A DNA stretch of 64,000 bases from Prosthecobacter sp. (lineage in GTDB: Bacteria > Verrucomicrobiota > Verrucomicrobiia > Verrucomicrobiales > Verrucomicrobiaceae), in contig JAUREI010000002.1 in the NCBI GenBank assembly GCA_030827515.1, positions 3,053 to 67,052 of the forward strand, in the 5' to 3' direction. Below are positions 1 to 9,152 of this stretch, one piece after another. Under the pieces are notes generated by a model that was not told the DNA's origin, did not search any database, and saw only the letters and a program-made list of their open reading frames with translations. The translations under genes and the position numbers were made by a program. The stretch's first letter is position 1, and each line of letters starts with the position of its first letter.

Positions 1-3000
1 TCCGCGCTTTCGCGGTCCCTGGCCGTCAAGGAGCGCCTGTATGACCTCATCCCGCGCATCCACACCGGTGGCAGCGTGGCCGGCACCCGCGCCTTCGAGC
101 AGGATGACTACCGTGCGCTTTCCGGTGACTCCACCAGCTCCACTGCCGTTGCCATCAAGCAGGCCATCGGCGAACGCCTTTATGCAAGCGTTGACGAACT
201 GCTTTTCGCCCAGACGGCCTCCGGCAGCCGCCGCGTGTTGAACAACGCCGCCGCCGGTAGTGTCACGCTCTACAACCGCAACAGCCTTGAGCGTTCCTCC
301 GCCTTCTTGACCGCGCACAGTCGCGCCAGCGAAATCAACATGTATGGCCTGCCGCGCATTGCCATGTGGCCTGTCGCGGAAAGCCTGGACCGCCGTACCG
401 GCTTCGACAACCTCATTGAGTTCTGCTCCCGGGTCGGTTCAGCCGGCAACTCCTACATCTTTCAGCGCGCGCACGCGCGCACGATCCCGCCCTCCATCAG
501 TGGTCCCTCGTACGACATCAACATCGCGCGCAACCGCAGCCTGATGGGCATGCTCGACAAGCTCATGGCCCGGCCCTTCCCGACTGCCACCTACATCCGC
601 GGCGGCGGCGGCGTCGGGGCGGCGAAGTCCTACGTGCAGAAGTATGGCCAGGAGAATGCCCGCCAGATGCTGGTCCAGTTCTTTGACTACATTCGCTCGA
701 CCAATCTCTACGACAGTTATCTCGTCCCGCCGAACCGCAACGACTGGCCGTCCGCCCGCATCAACTGGAACGATCGTACCACCGGCCTCTACATTGTCCG
801 CGACCGCGAGCGTCCGAACTGGAAGACCTACACCGACGGAGTCGTGCGCGATTCCAACGGGGCCAACATCAACCGCCCCTGGGCTGACAAGTTCCTGCCG
901 GGTCACGGCCAGGTGACCCCGGCGGAGTGGACGGTTGGCGGAACTACCTACCGGGGTTTCGGCCGCTTCATCAGCATCAGCGAAGTTGGCCTGCAGTTCA
1001 TCTGCACCGCCGATGGCCAGCCTGACATGTACAGCTGGCGCATCCCGATCAAGAGCCCCACGCCGGGTGCCGATCCCAAGGATTACATCATCCCGCTGGA
1101 GGGTGAAGCCGACGAAAACCTGGTCAACTACGTGGATTATTTTGCTGACAGCAACAACACCCCGAACGTCAGCGGCGGCCGCACTGCCCTCGAAATTGAC
1201 GAGGCTCTCACCAATGAATTTGGCGTCGCGCCCCTGCCTCTTGGCAACATCGCGATGGATGAATACAACATCACCAATCTGGCGGGCGTGCGCTGGGCCG
1301 GCACGGCGGCCCGCTCGATCAAGTCGCGCTACTACTCGAACTTCCCCCCGCTCAACGCCTATCGCAACGGCGGCCTGTACAACACCAGCACGGATCCGAG
1401 CGCGGACCAGATGCGCAACCCGATCCGTCACCCCGGTTACCGTCCGGAAAACTGGAACCACACCCTGGAGGAGGACACCCCCCTCAACATTGACCAGAAG
1501 CGCATCCAGGCCCTGCTTCACCTGGAGTTCTTCTGCCCCTCGGTTGGCTACACCCAGATCAACCCGGACATGACTTTCGTCATCGCCGCCAACGACATCA
1601 GCAGCATCGAAGTCGGTGGACGCGCTGTGTTTAGCACGACGGAAAACGTCATCATCCGCACCGAGCGTCCGCTCTATGACGTGGATGGCACGCCCGAGGT
1701 TGGCGGTTATGCGACCTTCCGCAAGATCGCCCAAGGCCGCCGTGTCAAGGCCATCGGCCGCATGCCGGAAGACCAGGGATACGACACCAATGCCACCTCC
1801 AGCGTCCACTCCGGCCTCATCAATCTCGACCTGGTGTCGAGCTTCTTCACCGTCAATCGTACCCAGCCCCTGCTGTTCAACTCCGGCACCATCACCGTCA
1901 ACATTTACGATACACATGACTGGCAGAGTGCGGCACCGGTCCAGACCGTGCGCTTCCGCCTTGCCGCCGGACAGGCCCCCACCCCGGATCTCATCACCAT
2001 GGGCTCCTACCGGGTTCGTTATCCGCGCACGGACGGCAGCATTTACCACCATCCGCCGCTGCAGGCGCCGCGTTGGTGGGGATTCAACCGTGACGGCGTG
2101 CTTGGCCGCTCGCTCGGTCCGGCCCCCCGCGAGACCCTGCGGGGACGCTTCAACCGCGATTACCCGAGCTATGAAGGCAATCGCGTCGATTCAGAGACCC
2201 GCGCGGTCGACAGCTCCAGCAGTGCCCGTGACCCATTGTACACCAACGTTCAGTTGCAGAGCGTGCCCGGTGCCCGCGCCCTGATCTACGGCAAGGATCC
2301 CGGCAACTACATCGGTGTGCGCCTGCTCGATGCCAGCGAGGCGAACAACCGCATCAAGTATGGCCCCCGCCCCGGTGACGGCCTGTCCTCCTGGGATCGT
2401 CCATGGCACTTTGGCTCGGACTCGGTGCGCACCCTCCAGCCCGCCCACGGTGATGCCCGCATCATTGCCGCCAAAAAAATCGTCGAAACTCAGGACTGGA
2501 CGCCGCACCGTCTCTGGAACGACCCCAACGAATTCGTCGCTCACAATTTCTCGTCCTACACCGCCGGTGGGGAGCCTGGATTCGATTACGGCACCAGCAA
2601 CACCGATCCCACCATCAACCTCAACGTGCGGCCGATCCCCAGCGCGGTCACCATGGCGGCTGGACGCCATCCGGATGCCCCGCACGGCCGCAGCACCTAT
2701 GCGCCGACCTCCAGGTCCGCCCATGAGTATGTTCAGCGCTATTACGACTTCGACGACAGTGATCCGGGCGGGCGCATCGGTTCCTTCATCAACAAGGCGG
2801 ACGAGGGCAACTACTCCATCGGCCAGTATCAGCTTTCCGGCTGGCCCCAGCCGAAGGTGTGGCGCGGCACCTACTTCCGCAGCAACGGTGTCGGCGAGCG
2901 CTTCGCCGCCGGGCAGGGCAGTTTCTTCACGCCCAACCGCATGGTCTCCTCGCCGGTCTTGTTTGGCTCCCTGCCGTCCCGTGTCCGCGACAACAACGGC

Positions 3001-4035
3001 GAAGGCGCCTGGACGAATCTGCTGTTCCGACCGCACGTGGTCATTCCCAGCGGCGTGACCGGCGGTGCGCCGACGGCCGCGATCCACCCGGGCGAGGAGA
3101 CGCCCCCCGACCACTATCTGCTCGACCTGTTCTGGATGCCGGTCGTCGAGCCCTATGCGATCAGCGAATCGCTTTCGACCGCCGGCAAAATCAACATGAA
3201 CTACCAGATGCTGCCCTTCACGCACATCCGCCGGGCCACCGCCCTGCATGCGCTGATGAAGGGGGAGGTGTTCGCCGCACTGCCCAACACTGCCTACAAC
3301 AATTCCAAGGATGTGCGCAACGGCTGGGGTGTCAACGGCACCACGGCACCGGTCATGCGCAACGAAACGAATTCGAACGCCTACTGGCACAGGACCATCG
3401 CCATCGACCGCTTCAAGCCCCTGAGCGGTGCCGACAATCGCTGGTGGGAAATCGCCGCCGGCCAGCGTGTCCAGGCCACCCTTCGCCAGTTTGAGGAGCG
3501 CTTCAACTTTGGCCGTGGCCCCACCGCCTCGAGCACGCCGTCCAACATGCGTTCCGGACTGTTCCGCTCCGCCTCGCAAATCTGCGAGATGCACCTCATT
3601 CCCAATCCGGTGCCCGGCAGTGCATCCACCAATCTGAGTGCCACGGACGTCGCCAGCATCGACAACCGCGACAGTGCCATGGCGAATTTCTGGGCGGAAC
3701 ACTGCTCGACCGGTGACAATACCCGGGAACGCCCCTATTCCAATCTCTATGCCCGTTTGACGACGCGCTCGAACACCTTCCGCGTCCACGTTCGCGCCCA
3801 GGCCATCCGCAAGTCGTTGCGTTCGGTTGAGCCGGGGGTTTTTGACCCGAATCGCGACCTGATGACCGGCGAGTTCCGCGGTTCCTTCCTCATTGAGCGA
3901 TACATCGACCAGGGCGACCTGCAGCGCGCCGGATCCAAGGTGGATTACGCCACCGCAGCCGATCCCTTCACGCTGGATCCGCTCGAGAATTTCTATCGCT
4001 TCCGCGTCCTTGAATCCAAGCGGTTCGCCCCCTGA
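1..4035 (+). CDS. Verru_Chthon cassette protein A (large PilX/GspK-like minor pilin), 5'-truncated by the window edge
   Basis: Frame is open from base 1 (SALSRSLAVKERLY...). Family-type motifs recalled: LYASVDELLF, YLLDLFWMPVVEPYAISESLSTAGKINMNYQMLPF, NTRERPYSNLYARLTTRSNTFRVHVRAQ, GEFRGSFLIERYID. Directly followed by two pilin-like genes. Confidence 0.9.
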   Translation, partial: SALSRSLAVKERLYDLIPRIHTGGSVAGTRAFEQDDYRALSGDSTSSTAVAIKQAIGERLYASVDELLFAQTASGSRRVLNNAAAGSVTLYNRNSLERSSAFLTAHSRASEINMYGLPRIAMWPVAESLDRRTGFDNLIEFCSRVGSAGNSYIFQRAHARTIPPSISGPSYDINIARNRSLMGMLDKLMARPFPTATYIRGGGGVGAAKSYVQKYGQENARQMLVQFFDYIRSTNLYDSYLVPPNRNDWPSARINWNDRTTGLYIVRDRERPNWKTYTDGVVRDSNGANINRPWADKFLPGHGQVTPAEWTVGGTTYRGFGRFISISEVGLQFICTADGQPDMYSWRIPIKSPTPGADPKDYIIPLEGEADENLVNYVDYFADSNNTPNVSGGRTALEIDEALTNEFGVAPLPLGNIAMDEYNITNLAGVRWAGTAARSIKSRYYSNFPPLNAYRNGGLYNTSTDPSADQMRNPIRHPGYRPENWNHTLEEDTPLNIDQKRIQALLHLEFFCPSVGYTQINPDMTFVIAANDISSIEVGGRAVFSTTENVIIRTERPLYDVDGTPEVGGYATFRKIAQGRRVKAIGRMPEDQGYDTNATSSVHSGLINLDLVSSFFTVNRTQPLLFNSGTITVNIYDTHDWQSAAPVQTVRFRLAAGQAPTPDLITMGSYRVRYPRTDGSIYHHPPLQAPRWWGFNRDGVLGRSLGPAPRETLRGRFNRDYPSYEGNRVDSETRAVDSSSSARDPLYTNVQLQSVPGARALIYGKDPGNYIGVRLLDASEANNRIKYGPRPGDGLSSWDRPWHFGSDSVRTLQPAHGDARIIAAKKIVETQDWTPHRLWNDPNEFVAHNFSSYTAGGEPGFDYGTSNTDPTINLNVRPIPSAVTMAAGRHPDAPHGRSTYAPTSRSAHEYVQRYYDFDDSDPGGRIGSFINKADEGNYSIGQYQLSGWPQPKVWRGTYFRSNGVGERFAAGQGSFFTPNRMVSSPVLFGSLPSRVRDNNGEGAWTNLLFRPHVVIPSGVTGGAPTAAIHPGEETPPDHYLLDLFWMPVVEPYAISESLSTAGKINMNYQMLPFTHIRRATALHALMKGEVFAALPNTAYNNSKDVRNGWGVNGTTAPVMRNETNSNAYWHRTIAIDRFKPLSGADNRWWEIAAGQRVQATLRQFEERFNFGRGPTASSTPSNMRSGLFRSASQICEMHLIPNPVPGSASTNLSATDVASIDNRDSAMANFWAEHCSTGDNTRERPYSNLYARLTTRSNTFRVHVRAQAIRKSLRSVEPGVFDPNRDLMTGEFRGSFLIERYIDQGDLQRAGSKVDYATAADPFTLDPLENFYRFRVLESKRFAP

Positions 4036-4052
4036 TCGCCTCTTCACAAGCC

Positions 4053-5183
4053 ATGAACGTTCCTCTCCTCCCGATGGCAGGTCGCCCGCATCGCCGCGCG
4101 GCCCGCGCCTTCACCCTGGTGGAAATCCTTGTCTCGCTCGGGGTGCTGGCCATCCTGCTGCTGATCAGTGCCGAGGTCATCGGCACGGTGCAGACCACGT
4201 GGTCGAACACGAACGCGCGCGTCAGCCAGTTTCGTGAGGCCCGAACTGCCTTCGACATCATCACGCGCAACCTGAGCCAGGCGTCGCTCAACACCTATCT
4301 GGATTACGACAACAACTACCTCAGCCAGGACGATACGGCGGGCGTCTCGCCGATCGCGCCCACCCGCTACCAGCGCAAGTCCGACCTGCGCTTTGTCAGC
4401 GGCAAGGCGTCGACCCTGGTGCCCTCCGGCGGGGGTGCCGGCATTCTGCCCGGGCATGCCGTTTTCTTCCAGGCTCCGCTCGGCGTCGCCCATGACCCCG
4501 CCTTTGCCGGCCTGGATCGCCTGTTGTGCGGCCGCGGCTACTTTGTCCAGTTCACTTCGGACGAGTTCTTCCGTCCCGAATTCATCGCCTCGGGCAGTCT
4601 GCGCTTTCGTTACCGCCTGATGGAGTATTCCCCGCCTGCCGAGCAAAACCTGATCTACACCGATCCCACGGTGAAGGCCGCCTGGATGGCCAAGGCGGGT
4701 GTGCCGCTCCAGACCAATGAGACCTCGGTCGACCGCAGCCTCACCCGGCCTGTCGCCGACAACATTGTCGCCCTCGTCATTTCACCCATGGTGGACCTTT
4801 CCGCCACCGGCGCCACCGCTGGCTCTGGTTCAAGGTCTTCAACCCTGATCGCCGAAAATTTTGAATACGACTCCGAGCAATTGACTTTGGCCAACCAACT
4901 GGGCCTTGGACAGCAGGGCACCCAATACCTGCTGCCGCCGCTGGTTCGGGTCGTGCTGGTGGCGATTGACGAAACTTCCGCTGAACGCCTTTCCCAGACG
5001 TCCGGAAGCCCGAGCACGGCACCCTTTGGCACGCAGATCAGCGATCTCATCACCAGCCGGCCGGCCTCCCAGCTCAACCAGACGCTTGACGACATCGGCA
5101 AGATCCTGCGCGAGCAGTATCGTGTCAATTACCGCATTTTCTCCGCCACGGTGTCGCTGCGCGGCGCCAAGTGGAGCACCTGA
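4053..5183 (+). CDS. Verru_Chthon cassette protein C (PilW/GspJ-like prepilin)
   Basis: Type IV prepilin N-terminus RA|FTLVEILVSLGVLAILLLI. Motifs NLSQASLNTYLDY, GHAVFFQAPLG, QYLLPPLVRVVLVAIDE, YRIFSATVSLRGAKWS. Confidence 0.88.
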   Translation: MNVPLLPMAGRPHRRAARAFTLVEILVSLGVLAILLLISAEVIGTVQTTWSNTNARVSQFREARTAFDIITRNLSQASLNTYLDYDNNYLSQDDTAGVSPIAPTRYQRKSDLRFVSGKASTLVPSGGGAGILPGHAVFFQAPLGVAHDPAFAGLDRLLCGRGYFVQFTSDEFFRPEFIASGSLRFRYRLMEYSPPAEQNLIYTDPTVKAAWMAKAGVPLQTNETSVDRSLTRPVADNIVALVISPMVDLSATGATAGSGSRSSTLIAENFEYDSEQLTLANQLGLGQQGTQYLLPPLVRVVLVAIDETSAERLSQTSGSPSTAPFGTQISDLITSRPASQLNQTLDDIGKILREQYRVNYRIFSATVSLRGAKWST

Positions 5184-5225
5184 CCTTCTTCTCCCAACCG
5201 CCACGCACCCCGGCTGCAGCACCCC

Positions 5226-5921
5226 ATGAGCTTTCCTCAACGCAGACACAACCGTGCCTTCACGCTGATCGAGATGATCTCCGTGATTGGCATCATTGCC
5301 CTCCTGGTCGCGCTGGTCACACCGACCCTCCTCGACGTCATTCGCTCGACCCGGCTCAGTGCTTCGGGGGACTCCCTGGTCAACCGTCTCAGTCTGGCCC
5401 AGCAGAGTGCCGTTTCGATGGGCTCCGAGGTGGAAATGCGCTTTTACCGTTACACCAACAGCAGTGCGGAGCGCCCCGGTGAGGAACTGTTTTACGCCTA
5501 TCAGGTCGTGCACAGTCCCCAGGCCGGGGTAGAGCGTGCCCTCTCCGAGGTCTACTACCTGGAGTCGGGGATCATCCTGTCCCGCCTTGAACAGCTTTCG
5601 CCCCTGCTGCAGACGGTCAACGGCCAGCGTCCGAATGCCGACGGCAACTACCTTTTCAAGCCACCCGGCAATGCCCAGCCCGACAACGTCAGCTACGCGG
5701 CCATGCGCTTTTTTGCCGATGGATCCATGCGCATGCTCACCAGTTCCAGTGCCACCACCGGTGACCTGGATTCCCGTGCCCGTGCCTACACCGTTCCCAC
5801 CTTCAACAAGAGTTACCTGACCATCATCGAGAGCAAGGACGCCCAAAGCGCCCAGCCGCGGAATTTCTTCTGCGTCCAAATCGACGCCTACACGGGCAAG
5901 ACCCGTGTCTACCGCCCCTAA
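5226..5921 (+). CDS. Verru_Chthon cassette protein D (FimU/GspH-like prepilin)
   Basis: Prepilin motif RA|FTLIEMISVIGIIALL. LSLAQQSAV...VEMRFY. C-terminal NFFCVQIDAYTGKTRVYRP. Confidence 0.88.
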   Translation: MSFPQRRHNRAFTLIEMISVIGIIALLVALVTPTLLDVIRSTRLSASGDSLVNRLSLAQQSAVSMGSEVEMRFYRYTNSSAERPGEELFYAYQVVHSPQAGVERALSEVYYLESGIILSRLEQLSPLLQTVNGQRPNADGNYLFKPPGNAQPDNVSYAAMRFFADGSMRMLTSSSATTGDLDSRARAYTVPTFNKSYLTIIESKDAQSAQPRNFFCVQIDAYTGKTRVYRP

Positions 5922-5981
5922 AAGCGTGGTTCCGGCCTCACTTTCCGCATGACAGGCGGCAAAGTGCCGCTTCAATGGCAC

Positions 5982-7442
5982 ATGGGCGACACTCCATCCC
6001 TAGCACTCAGTTTTGACGACGTTCTTCTGCTCCCCGGGCTCAGCGGGGTTTTGCCGGGAGACGTCGAAATCGGCACTTCCTTTGGCGGCAGCATCCGTCT
6101 GAACATACCGGTGCTATCCTCGGCCATGGACACGGTCACCGAGGCGGAACTGGCGATCGCCCTGGCCCGCGAGGGTGGCATGGGAGTGATCCACCGCAAT
6201 TGTCCGATCGATCACCAGGCCGAGCAGGTGGCCCGGGTGAAGCGTTCGGAAAACACCGTGATCCAGAACCCGCACACGGTCAGTCCGGAAACCACCCTCG
6301 GTGAACTGCAGCACCTCATGCACGTCAAGGGGGTCAGCGGTTTCCCGGTGATCGATCCCTCCGGTCGCCTGGTTGGCATGGTCACCAGTCGTGACATGTG
6401 GTATATTGATGATGAGCAGACTCCGGTCTCGGCCATGATGACGCCGCTCGACAAGCTCGCCACCGGCACGGCCAGCACCAGCTACGAGGAGGCGTTGAAA
6501 ATTCTCTACACCCACCGCATCGAGAAGCTGCCGCTGGTCGACGCCAATGGTCGACTGGCGGGACTCATCACCAAGCAGGACGTGGTGAAGCGCCAGACCT
6601 TCACCAATGCCGCCAAGGATGCCAATGGCCAGTTGCGCGTCGGCGCCGCCGTGGGTGTCGGCGAGGACTGTGTCGAACGCGGGGTCGCCCTGGCCGCCGC
6701 CGGCGCGGACGCCCTTTTCATCGACGCGGCCACCGGTCACACCACGCGTGTCGCGGAAGTGGTCAGCCGCCTGCGCGCGCGCCTCGGCGACAGCCTGCCG
6801 GTGGTTGCCGGCAACGTGGTCACGGCCGACGGCGCCCTGCACCTTGTTGAGGCTGGTGCCTCGGCCGTCAAGGTGGGCGTCGGCCCGGGTTCAATCTGCA
6901 CGACGCGTGTCATTTCCGGCGTTGGCATGGCCCAGTTCAGCGCCGTCACCGAGGTCGCCTCCGTCTGCCGCGAGCGCGGGGTCAGCGTCATTGCCGACGG
7001 TGGCATCCGCTATTCGGGTGACATCGTCAAGGCCATCGCCGGCGGTGCCGACTGTGTCATGCTCGGTTCGTTGCTGGCTGGCACCTCGGAAAGCCCGGGC
7101 AACATGGTCAAGTGGCAGGGCCGCACCTTCAAGGAGTACCGCGGCATGGGCAGCCTCAAGGCCATGCGCAAGGGAGCGGGTGACCGCTACGGCCAGAATT
7201 CCTCCGGCAAGCTCGTGCCCGAGGGGGTCGAGGCCAGGGTCCCCTACAAGGGGCCGCTCGCCGACGTGGTCTTCCAGCTCATGGGTGGCCTGCGCTCCGG
7301 CATGGGCTATGTCGGAGCCGGCACGCTGGAGGAGTTGCGCGCCAAGGCACGATTCGTCCGCATCACCGCCGGCGGCCTCAAGGAGAGCCACCCGCATGAT
7401 GTCGTCATCACCGAAGAGCCGGTGAACTACGAGCCTTCCTGA
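5982..7442 (+). CDS. guaB: IMP dehydrogenase
   Basis: [22 protein letters not shown] pair, catalytic [37 protein letters not shown]. Confidence 0.97.
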   Translation: MGDTPSLALSFDDVLLLPGLSGVLPGDVEIGTSFGGSIRLNIPVLSSAMDTVTEAELAIALAREGGMGVIHRNCPIDHQAEQVARVKRSENTVIQNPHTVSPETTLGELQHLMHVKGVSGFPVIDPSGRLVGMVTSRDMWYIDDEQTPVSAMMTPLDKLATGTASTSYEEALKILYTHRIEKLPLVDANGRLAGLITKQDVVKRQTFTNAAKDANGQLRVGAAVGVGEDCVERGVALAAAGADALFIDAATGHTTRVAEVVSRLRARLGDSLPVVAGNVVTADGALHLVEAGASAVKVGVGPGSICTTRVISGVGMAQFSAVTEVASVCRERGVSVIADGGIRYSGDIVKAIAGGADCVMLGSLLAGTSESPGNMVKWQGRTFKEYRGMGSLKAMRKGAGDRYGQNSSGKLVPEGVEARVPYKGPLADVVFQLMGGLRSGMGYVGAGTLEELRAKARFVRITAGGLKESHPHDVVITEEPVNYEPS

Positions 7443-7490
7443 AGCTCGGCGCGCCGATCACCGGCACGCCTTCGCAACCGATTCCCCCCC

Positions 7491-9011
7491 ATGACCGAAA
7501 ACGAAGTCGCCGTTCTTGATTACGGCTCCCAGTACAGCCAGCTCATCGTCCGCCGCGTTCGCGAGCTGGGTTTTGCCTCGCACCTCTATGCACCGGCGGC
7601 TCTCGCTGAGTTGGAGAAGCCGGGCGCCATCATTCTTTCGGGCGGGCCGCGCAGCACGTCCGAGGCGGATGCCCCGGACGTGGATTTCGACCGGCTCATG
7701 GCCCATGGCGTGCCCGTGCTCGGTGTCTGTTACGGCATGCAGTTGCTCAACATCAAGCACGGCGGCACGGTCAAGCCCGGGGTCACCCGCGAGTATGGCC
7801 CGGCCAAGCTCGTAGTCACCGACCACGAGGACCTCTTCCAGGGAGTCTCCCACGAGTCCCAGGTCTGGATGAGCCACAGTGACACCTGCGCGAACCTGGC
7901 CGACACGACGAAGGTCATCGCCACGAATGAGGACGCGGTTCCGGTGGCCCTGAAATGGTCGGACCGCTGCTGGGGCATCCAGTTCCATCCGGAAGTCACC
8001 CATTCGCATGAGGGAACGACCATCCTGCGCAATTTCCTTACGCTCAGCGGTGCCCGGCTTGCCAAGTTCGACATCCAGGCCTTCAAGGCGCAGATGCTCG
8101 ATCGCATCCGTGACGAGGTGGGCGGACGCGAGGTCATTTGCGGCGTTTCCGGCGGGGTGGACAGCACCGTCCTCGCGGTCCTGCTGCACAAGGCCGGGGT
8201 GAAGGTGCGCTGCATTTTCATCGACACCGGCCTGATGCGCCTCAATGAGGCGCGCGAGGTGAACGAACTCTTCGCCGAGGTTGGCGTGCCCATCGAGCAG
8301 GTCGACGCGAGCGAGACGTTCCTCGGGGCACTCAAGGGGGTGACGGATCCCGAGCAGAAGCGCCGCATCATCGGCACGCTGTTTGTCGACGAATTCTGGA
8401 AAGTGGCCGACAACGTCGAACTGCTCGCCCAGGGCACGCTCTATCCCGACGTCATCGAAAGCGCCACCAGCGGCTCGATCGCCAGCAAGATCAAGACCCA
8501 CCACAACCGGGTCGATCGCATCATGGAGCTCAAGGAGCAGGGCAAGGTGCTGGAACCTCTCGCCGAGCTGTTCAAGGACGAGGTGCGCGCCCTCGGTGCC
8601 AGCCTGGGCATTCCCCACCGGGCGCTCTGGCGGCATCCGTTCCCCGGCCCGGGCCTGGCCGTGCGCATCCCCGGCGAAATCACCCCCGAGCGCGTTGCCA
8701 TCACCCAGCAGGCCGATGCCATTTTCATCAACGAGTTGCGCCGCAGCGGCTGGTACGAACAGGTCTGGCAGGCCTATGCCGCGCTGCTGCCGGTGAAGAC
8801 CGTCGGCGTCAAGGGCGACGAGCGCAGCTATGAACAGGCCATTTCGCTTCGTGCGGTGATCAGCGAGGATGCCATGACTGCTGACTGGGTCGAACTGCCC
8901 TACGGCGTTCTGCGCAACGCCTCCAACCGGATCCTCAACGGCGTCAAGGGCGTCAACCGCGTGCTCTACGACATCAGCACCAAGCCCCCGGCGAGTATCG
9001 AATGGGAGTGA
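7491..9011 (+). CDS. guaA: GMP synthase (glutamine-hydrolysing)
   Basis: LDYGSQY, GVCYGMQ, QFHPEV, SGGVDS, HPFPGPGLAVRI, C-terminal YDISTKPPASIEWE. Confidence 0.97.
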   Translation: MTENEVAVLDYGSQYSQLIVRRVRELGFASHLYAPAALAELEKPGAIILSGGPRSTSEADAPDVDFDRLMAHGVPVLGVCYGMQLLNIKHGGTVKPGVTREYGPAKLVVTDHEDLFQGVSHESQVWMSHSDTCANLADTTKVIATNEDAVPVALKWSDRCWGIQFHPEVTHSHEGTTILRNFLTLSGARLAKFDIQAFKAQMLDRIRDEVGGREVICGVSGGVDSTVLAVLLHKAGVKVRCIFIDTGLMRLNEAREVNELFAEVGVPIEQVDASETFLGALKGVTDPEQKRRIIGTLFVDEFWKVADNVELLAQGTLYPDVIESATSGSIASKIKTHHNRVDRIMELKEQGKVLEPLAELFKDEVRALGASLGIPHRALWRHPFPGPGLAVRIPGEITPERVAITQQADAIFINELRRSGWYEQVWQAYAALLPVKTVGVKGDERSYEQAISLRAVISEDAMTADWVELPYGVLRNASNRILNGVKGVNRVLYDISTKPPASIEWE

Positions 9012-9119
9012 TCCCATTCGGGCGGGGGCCGGCAAACAAGGCGTGTCCCCGCACCGGCTGAGGCCCGTGAGCCGCCCGGGCCGCCGGCGGAACGGATTCG
9101 CCTTGTCGCGCAACGCCGC

Positions 9120-9147
9120 TTGCACCCGTCGCAGGGCGGGCAATCAT
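9120..9147 (+). promoter_or_regulatory. Candidate sigma70-type promoter of ppk1
   Basis: TTGCAC (9120-9125) -16 nt- AATCAT (9142-9147); ATG at 9153. Confidence 0.4.
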
Positions 9148-9152
9148 GCGCC

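Noticed and set aside
439-4047. Long minus-strand ORFs 439-2052 and 2191-4047
   Set aside because: Antisense shadows of the cassette A gene caused by GC-rich codon bias; no recognisable motifs.
5922-5981. Possible purine riboswitch or leader before guaB
   Set aside because: Only 60 nt with one bulged hairpin and none of the purine-riboswitch core nucleotides.
7458-9143. 561-aa minus ORF, and similar ones at 13804-15105, 16535-18037, 57254-58741
   Set aside because: They overlap well-supported genes on the opposite strand and are typical shadow ORFs.
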